NCBI RefSeq assembly: GCF_009914755.1
Contig: NC_060925.1
Origin: the human T2T-CHM13v2.0 reference genome, Homo sapiens
Length of the DNA stretch: 64,000 nt
Reading direction: 5' to 3' (one strand)
Positions 52,908 through 64,000 of the stretch are shown here, in pieces (the stretch's first letter is position 1; the number at the start of each line of letters is the position of its first letter). The notes beneath the pieces are model-generated. The model did no database searches. It saw only the letters and a list, made by a program, of their open reading frames with translations, and was not told the DNA's origin. Position numbers and translations under genes: made by a program.

Positions 52908-55900
52908 AACTCGGCTTCTTTTTAGAGACAAGGCACTGAGACCCTGGAAGTATAAGTAATTAGTCAAGAGCAAAGCCAGGAACTAGCTGAGCAGAGACCC
53001 CCAAACCGGTTGGCGGTACCCCTCAGAGCTGCTAGCAGAAGAAAGAATTCAGCTCTTGTTTTGGAAAAGGAAATAAACATTTTACTGGAGTATCTCAGCA
53101 TCTCCCTCATACTCCAACATGAAATTCAGAGGTCACTGAGCTGGTAGGCTCAATCACACACCAGGCTGATGTGTCCCAGGGAGACCTTCAGCTAATTAAA
53201 CGTAATTTATGGACCAGCCTCTAAGGACAAGCCTTAAATTACTTGCAAGCTGTGCCAAGGTAGCTATCCTACAGGCTATTAATTAGGAATCGGTTTAATC
53301 TCTGCTAGGACGAAGGTCAACTGCCTTGGAGTTAACCCTTCCGGCTGACTGGTCTCATGCTATCAGGCTGTGGCTCTGGGCCCAGAGGGCCAGGGGATTC
53401 AGAGGAAGCGGGACATTCAATGGGAAATGGCCAGGCCAGCACACCCTGCAAAGACCAGGATGCTGGGAGAAAAGCCAGGCCCTTGGCCCATAGGGCCAGT
53501 TGAGGCGGGAATTTTCCCAAGCACCAGCCCCACAGAAAGTGATTTTCCGTGGTCCTCAGAGAGCATCACATCCCTCCAACATCAGAGAATTCTGTGGAAA
53601 ATCAGGCTTCCGTCACCTTCCAGTAATGTGGGCTGGTCGTGCATCCTGTAGAAAGCCTTCAGTGGCTCCCTAGTGCTCTCCCAATCATGTCCAGACTTCA
53701 CCCCACAACCACCAGGCTCTATGAGGTATGGCCCTGGCCATCTCTCTCCACTCCCTGCTCACACTTTTGTTCTGGCCAGGCCAGGGTCTTTTTCCCAAAG
53801 GAAACAAACTCTCTCATCTCCTATTTTCTAGCTCTGCTCTTTCCCTCTGCCTGGGATATTTTCCTTCTGCTGCTTCCATCTCATCCTTAACGCCTCAGCT
53901 TAGACCCCAGTCCTAGGCACAGCCAGGTTTCCTTTCCTAGAAGCCAGACTGCCTGGATTCGAATCCCATGGCTACCTGGGCTGTGTGACCTTGGGCAAGT
54001 ATTTAACGTCTCTGAGCCCTAGTATTTCCATCTTTAAACTGGGAACAGTGACTGTGTCATAGGGTTGCTCTGAGGAGTAAATCAGATTGTCATGTAAATT
54101 GTTTAACACGTGGGTAGCACTTTATTAACAACAAAGACTGGTTGGAAGCCCCCGTCTGTGCTTGCAGCTGCCTTCAGCCATGGTCCACCCTACCAAGGCA
54201 TGTAGGCTCAGAGAGGTCCAGTAACTTGCTCAAGGTCACACGGCAAGTGAATAGAAGAGCCAGCATATGAACTTTGGTGTGGTTGACTCCTGAACTCAAA
54301 ATCTGAATCTCTATGCTTTACTGGCTCCTTGTGAAAGAAAGAACCGCACATCTGTGTGTGTGTGTGTGTACACGTACACACACACACACACACTCACACA
54401 AACATTTCCACTGACTTGAAGGCTCAGGAGATATCCCCAAAGCCAAGGCATGGATCTGCTGGCTGAGGAGGTGTGAGCCCTCGGAGGGCACCATGTGCCC
54501 AGTCCACACTGACCTTGTGTCTTGCCATCCCTTAAGGACCCCGTCTCCTCTGCTGTGTGCTCATAGGGAAGTGGCCCGGAGAGGCCAGGTCAGACTCTTA
54601 ATTCTTTGGCATCTGAGATGTAAGAACATGGGCCGTGCAGCCAAGGGTGGACAGACGCCATGTGGGTGTGTCTGGCAGGACTGCCTGCCTGCATGAAGGT
54701 CACGCTGCCCTTTACAGTCACACTGGCCCCAGCTCCCCATGGTGACCTGCTACCAGGCCTGTGAGAGGGGCCACTGCTTGCTGGGCTGTGGGAGCACTAA
54801 AAGGAAGACCCCCCTCACCAACCACCTTGGAAGGACCCAATATCATCTCTGTTCTGCTCCCCTGCCCGCAGCTGGAGGGGAGGGAGAGCTGGCCTCTCGC
54901 ACCTGTGAAGTATCACTAGCAACCATGACCTAGCAAAGGGCTTCCTTTCCTCTCATATCACAGTCTATCTCTCTATCTATCGTCTAGAAAAGTTTCCAAA
55001 GTCAGTCTGTTGACAACCTGCTGGACTTTGGTGGCTGAGCATTTTGCCTCTTTGAACTACAATCTCCTTGAAGGCAGAGATTTTAGTTCAACCCTGAAAA
55101 GTCCATTCTATCTTTTTTTTCTTGGGGAGATGGGTGGGGGGTTGGGGGGCGCGGTGGTAAGGCATCAGTAAATGACCTGATAAGGTCTGCAGGATTAGCT
55201 CTGGAGGGCTGCCTGATACAGGCAGGCCTGGCTCTCCTGGCTGTTTCCACGTGGCATGACTGGAAGATGAGTGTTGTCCTTCCACAAGAAGGTGTACTGG
55301 ACCCCTTGCTCCTGCTCATTGTATCCCCCCATCTGCCCTGCAGAAGCCGACCTCCCGACTCCCAAACCCTATGGCTTGGCTGGGGCTGGTATACCCCTGG
55401 CTCAGAGTCTGGCCATGACCCACAGCTGGCCAAATAGAGCACCATTTCCTTGGTTCAGGCTCACCCAGTCACTGCCAGAGAGACCCAATTCCTGGACCCT
55501 TCCAGGACTTCTGGGCAAAGAACACCTGTCTGTCTACTTGAATGGGAGCTGGAAAGGTTACGTTACGAGCAGCAGGGGGCAGGTGTGAGCAGCCCCGTGG
55601 CAGAGAGGTCTGCCTCAAAGTGAGGGGAGAGAGAAACTCTCCTGAGTCCTGACAGCACTGAGCCCCTGGAGACATGCCCAAAGTCAGCCCTACCCAGGGA
55701 CTTCTGGTCCCATGAGTCAATAAACCAATCTGAGGAACACCTCCAGAGCCCCCATCGGGAAAGCTGGAGGTGATGTTGTTTGACCCATATAGACTGCCTG
55801 GCTACGGACTCCACTAGGGGCCATCAATGCCATCTCTTCCGTGAAACTATCAACCAAAAGGCAAGACTCATTGGTTACAAGCAGACACCCTGGGTTCCAA

Positions 55901-58900
55901 TCCTGCTGGGTCATTTACTAGCTGTGTGATTCTAAGTTACTGACTCTCAGAGTCCTGTTGGTAAGAAGAAGATGATAACGGTACCCACGCTGGAAGGTTA
56001 CTTCGAGTAGTAAATGACCTTGTGACGTGTCAGGGCTTAGAACAGTCCCTGGCACACAGTAGGTGCTCAGTAATCACTGGCTCTAACTAGCTACAATGGG
56101 TCGGTCATGCATTCATTTAGGCAACAACCATTTATTAAGTATCTACTGTGGGCCAGATACTGTGCCAGTTGCCAGATACTTGGTGAGTGAGAGGGCATGC
56201 CCCCTGCCCCTGTGGATATCAACAAGCAGCCACAAAGCGTGGTGAGTTGCTATGGTAACCCCTGACTTTGGCCTCACCGCAGCCCGGTCCTGACCAATTG
56301 AGCTACTTGGACGCAGAGATCAAAATGACTAATGCCTTGTGCAGGGGAAGTTGGATGGTTGTGGGGGTTGGGCAGCCAGGACCAGAGAGGAGGCTGTACC
56401 CCTGACCAGCCTCAGCCCCTGGGTTGCAGAAAGGCCTATGTTGGACCAGCCCCTGCCTGGGAAGACAGGGGCTGTGCCACGGGTCATCTCAACAGAGGTG
56501 AGGCCTCGGGTGGAAGGGAGATGGCCAGACTCCCTGTAGGGAGTGGTTCCCTCCCACAGACTTCTAGAAAGGGTCAAAGTCTCCAATTCCCCCTGAGGGC
56601 TTCTGTGGCAGGGGCACAACTCTCTGCTTCCCGGGGGAGTCCCAGAACCAAGGTTGAGTCAGGCCAGTGGGTTTTTTGCCTTTTTTCTCTGATGTCCTGC
56701 TGAGCATCTGCTCTAATATGCAGAAGGAGAAGGGCTGGAGCAGGGGGTATCCACCGCCCCCCACCCCCAGGGCCATTGCCCCACCTGGAAGGAGTGGTTG
56801 TCTCTTGGAAACGCTCTTGCCATTACCCAGGAGGTGATAGGAGCTTTTTCACTACATTTCCACACCTTCATTTTTCAGATGAGGGAACCAAAGCCCAGAG
56901 AGGGTTGCTCGCCCAAGGTCACACAGCAGGTCACTGGGAGGCCCCTCATAATCTACAGCATTAGGCACTGGTTTCCAGCAGCCCTGGCCGGCACCACAAA
57001 TTGCATGAGTGCTCTGGCCGGAGCCGGCCTCTACCGCCCAAAAGATTTTGGCTGCTGTGACACTGCCTTTGGGCCAGGTCTGGGCTTTGGGGCTGGGGTT
57101 GTCAAGGCACACTCTCCCAGGGATGGGTGCTTTGGAGGCAGGGAGGGCCAGGGAGAAGCCTCCTGTGTCCTTTCTGGCAGATGGATTTGGGCTGAGTCCC
57201 CCTTGGAGAGGCTGTCTCAGCCCCGCTTGGGCATTCAGAGCTTCTAGCTTGTGGGCACCCCAGAGGTAGAGGAGGTGCCGAGGCTGAGGGCAGGAGGGGT
57301 TCCACACATCTGGGGTGGGAGTGTGGGTCCCTCTCCTGAGGGGCAAAAGCCCAAGCGAACTAGAGGGCATTTGGTCCAGAAGCCACAGCACCTTGGAGTA
57401 AAGAGCCAAAGGTGGAGGTGTCATTAAAGAGGGGACATCCAGCAAATCCAAGAAGGGTCCATCGAGGAGAGGGAGCGGGCTGAGTCATTTCCTTGAAGCA
57501 TCATTTTCAAGCCTTATTTTTTTCCTTTCTTTAAAACAATGACTTTCTTTCAAAATGCACACCAAAATCTTAACATGGAATTGTAAGCCACAAAACAGAA
57601 GTGACAACACTGATCTGGTCCGCAGGAAGGAGGGGTCCCTCAGAACCCTCCCTGCTCCATCTCCCACGTGGCCCTACCTTCTTGGGGCCTCTAGGGTGCT
57701 CCGGAACCCAGTTTGAAAACCTGGACCTTGAACCTCAGCTGGCGCTGAGGTCCGCATGGGGACCGCGGGGCTTGGAGGCTGGTAGAAGTGGTTGGGGGAG
57801 GTGGGACGCAGACAGGAGACCGTGTTCCCTAGGAGGCTGTTTCAGTGTGGACAAGATCATCATACGCTTCACTCATCAAAATCCCCGAAAGGCTGCTGAA
57901 AAGAGGATTTAAGGCCACATTCCTTGAAGTAGGGATGGCCAATGAGGTAAGAAAGGCTGGGGCCCAGTGGCCTTCACCAGGCTGACCATTGGTGGCCTTA
58001 AGCACCAAGCCACACATCTGTACTCTCCACCCTGAGCTTGCCCTGGCTTCAGTGTCACAGGATACCAGGGCGTTCCCTGCCTCTCACACGAGCTCTCGCC
58101 CTGAGCCTGCATCTGAGCCTGTAGGACTTGGATGGGTTTTGATTGTATCTAGTCCAAGCCTTCTTAACCCAGAGTCTGGGATAGGCGACAGGGGTACATG
58201 ACCCCTTAAAAGTACAAAACTTTCAGTTGCACCTTCTTCCTGGGATAGAGTTCATATTTTCTTCAGACCCTTGAAGGGCTCTACAACCAGCAGAAAAATG
58301 GAGAGTTCCTGCAACCCCCTCAGTTGCCACCTCCTTCGAGAAGTCTTCTAAGATTTCCCTTAATTTACAGTGATCAAAGCTCTCAGGCCACGCAGAGCTC
58401 AGTGACCTCGGGCTTAACTGGAGGGAGCTGTCACTCACTCTCTCCTCTGCAGCTGGGTCTCTGCATGTTAAGATGTCACACTGGTTGTCAAATGAAAGAA
58501 ATTCAACTGTGCTATTACCCTGCTTGTCAGTTTACTCTTTAAAAGAAACCCTGATAACTGAGGACTATTTTATTCCTTTGGCAAGTCTCCCATTCATTGT
58601 ATGCAAATACTGCTACTCAGTGCTCTAAATGATGTTTGTGTAAAAGCGGATTTCACTACATCCCTGCCCGCATCCTGTTGACTCATTCACTGCTTATCAC
58701 CGCTCTCTCCAGAACCCTCTGTGTACTAAGCCCCATTACTTAACAGCTTGTCTCTTGACCTCTCCATGACCCTGAATGAGGCAGGCCAGGCCAGGCTGAG
58801 ATTATTTGTTGCAGTGGGAAAAGATGGAGTGTTGAAGCTGGGAAACCTGGGTTCAGAATCTGCCCTCAGCGACGTGTCCCAGGACGGCCACTTCACCTGG

Positions 58901-59087
58901 ATCTCAGAAATGCGTGCTGCTGGCCGGGTGCGGTGGCTCACGCCTGTAATCCCCGCACTTTGGGAGGCTGAGGCGGGTGGATCACAAGGTCAAGAGATCG
59001 AGACCATCCTGGCCAACATGGTGAAACCCCATCTATATTAAAAATACAAAAATTAGCTGGGGTGGCGCATGCCTGTAATCCCAGCTA

Positions 59088-59252
<165 letters not shown>

Positions 59253-59364
59253 TCAAGGAAGACAATGAATGTGCAAAAGCACTGTGCAGTCATGTAGAGT
59301 ACCAAGTCACGTGTGTTACCATCGTCACACACATTGTCACAGTCATGTACAGTGCCACAGCCAT

Positions 59365-59700
59365 GTATATTACCATGGTCATGTACAGTATAGGTCTTGT
59401 ATATTACCACGGTTATGTACAGTATCAATCTTGTATATTACCATGGTCATGTACAGTATCATTCTTGCATATTAATATGGTCTTGTAGAGTATCCATCTT
59501 GTATATTACCAAGGTCATATACAGTATCTATCTTGTATATTACCATAGTCATGTACAATACCATGTCCTGTACAGTACCATAGTCATTAATAGCACCCTG
59601 TATATTAATAGTGCCATGTATATTCCCATGTATATTAACAGTACCATGTATAGTAATAGTGCCATGTATATTCCTACATTCATGCTTTTACCACAATCAT
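59365..59700. repeat. 34-bp minisatellite (gtatattaccatggtcatgtacagtatcaatctt), about 6 copies then decaying; resumes at 62388-62468
   Basis: Units start at 59365, 59399, 59433, 59467, 59501 and 59535. Confidence 0.88.
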
Positions 59701-59703
59701 GTA

Positions 59704-62388
<2,685 letters not shown>

Positions 62389-64000
62389 TATATTACCACA
62401 GTCACGTATATTACCAATCGTGTATGGTACCACAGACATGTAGAGTACCACGGTCATGAATATTACTAGGAACGCAAGGAAGCCATCAGCATCCAGTTCA
62501 GAAGCCACAGGAATCTAAGCCTGAGTGAAGGATGTGAGTCTGTGCCCACCCTGCACCCTCTTGCCTCCTCCCTGCTCCCCAGCACCCTGGAAAGCCTGGA
62601 CAAAGGAATGACATCACTGCTGGAGGATCCTGCTGAAGTCATGCTGAGAAGGGCTGCCTTCTTTTAATTTTCAAGTGTTGGTTGATCGATGCTGGTGTCC
62701 TCTTTTCCTCCTGCCCCCTGCCCCTGCCCCTGCCTGTGTCATTGCCCTCACTGACTTCATGACAATGACTCACAGAATCAAAGGGTAGAAGGGACCTAGG
62801 AGGTTGTCCAGAACCTAACCTCCCCCAGTGCAGAAATCTCGACACCATGTTTGCTTAAAGAGCAACCTGTTCCAAAGGGCAGGAAGGTGTTCCTCTTGCA
62901 GGGCCCAGGTCTGCATTTTCGAGCCCTCCCCACGGGCCTAGCATGGGCCTCCAGAACCATCTAGAACAGGTCCCATGCCTCTGTGGTACTGGAATGCAGC
63001 TGATACCCTCTCTTGCCTCTTAAGCAGTCAACTATACTCCCATGGATTTGCCACCCAACCTAAGTCATGGCTTCTAGCCCTTGTCACCCAGCCTGCTCCC
63101 TGGATACCTTCCAGTTGGTCAAGGGCCCTGTCAAAGTGCTGGCCCACATGGACACAATACCCCAGAAGTCGTTTGACAAAGTAGGACTGAAAAGCATCTC
63201 CTTCATTCTAAGCACCAGCACAATTATCTGATTTTATTCAGAGGGGTTAAGCACTACTGCCATTAGAAGCCTGCTTGTTGGTGCCAACTCATCCTTCCAC
63301 AGTGTTAGGAGATTTTTCAGTCTGGGGATGGTGGTCACTCCAAGAACACTAAGTGTCACAAGGAGAGAACCTTGTTTATGAGGTTCCCTGCCGCATCTCC
63401 AAGGCCTAGTTTGCTGAATCAATGAACGGAGCCAACATAGTCACGATTCCTCAGAGCCGTGTCACCCTGAAGCTGGTTGTCACTTCCTCACCTAAGTTAC
63501 CAGCAAGAAAGATCAGGATCTGGCTGGGAGCAGGGCTGCCCAGCAGAGCCCCGAGGGCTGGGTGCCAGCTGCCTCCCACCCCCTCCAACAGTGGCACCCT
63601 GGACTGCCTAGATTCTCCATTACCCTCAGCCCAGACACTTCCATCTTGACAGTAAAAGATATCAGAGGAGGCCCTCAGCATCCTCCAAAACTCTAGTGCA
63701 ATGCTGACAGCATTCCCTGAGCTCTGGGAAGCTCTCAAAGAAGGTGGCGAAGCAAGTCTGGGTGATATTTTTGGAGGAGGCATGGAAACCTGGCGGCCTC
63801 CTAGCAGGTCCCCCACCCCTGGCCTGACACCTCCACCACCTGCCTGTCACAGCAGCCAGGGGATCCTGCTAAGGCTTGGGTGAGGGCATGATGCTTGAGT
63901 TGTGGGGCCAGCTAGGTCTACCTGTCCTACATGGGAACCTGTCTCCCTCAGTTCTTCCTCCCCACTCACTCACTGCTTCAGCCACACTGGCCACCTCTTG

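Noticed and set aside
55569-55822. CTCF-like motifs GCAGCAGGGGGCAG and CCACTAGGGGCC
   Set aside because: Imperfect matches that cannot be told from background without a PWM scan or ChIP data.
59365-59562. Regularly spaced 34-bp units resembling a CRISPR array
   Set aside because: Head-to-tail tandem units with no unique spacers, no cas genes and a eukaryotic context.

Overview
Primate, almost certainly human, genomic DNA from the DHRS3 locus (1p36; location from recall). It is not microbial: there are no operons or CRISPR arrays. The only protein-coding gene I can support is DHRS3 (retinaldehyde reductase, retSDR1/SDR16C1) on the minus strand. Coding exons 2-6 lie at 34798-22472 with canonical GT-AG boundaries and the SDR S175/Y188xxxK192 catalytic residues, and the polyA signal is at 22060-22065. 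Exon 1 is outside the window to the right, so about 34.8-64 kb is intron 1 and 1-22 kb is downstream intergenic DNA. Non-coding RNA features are the tailed-mirtron hairpin MIR6730 at the 3' end of intron 3 and a U6atac snRNA pseudogene fused to an L1 3' end in intron 5. The rest is about 40 Alus, a two-LTR MST (MaLR) element, MLT1/THE1 LTRs, MER/Charlie/Tigger fossils, a near-complete HSMAR2 mariner with nested insertions, simple repeats and an intronic CpG island. Best leads: (1) a dense DR5/DR2 nuclear-receptor half-site array about 19 kb downstream, a candidate retinoic-acid feedback enhancer; (2) the U6atac-L1 chimera; (3) a unique 264-bp segment copied into the middle of an Alu; (4) a duplicated segment flanking exon 2 with a conserved PBX/HOX-like core and Alus at the same site in both copies; (5) candidate in-frame alternative first exons; (6) inverted Alus that could circularise exons 3-4. 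I found no evidence of a wholly new biological system. Nearly all ORFs in the six-frame track are spurious. Repeat boundaries and subfamily names were judged by eye and are approximate.
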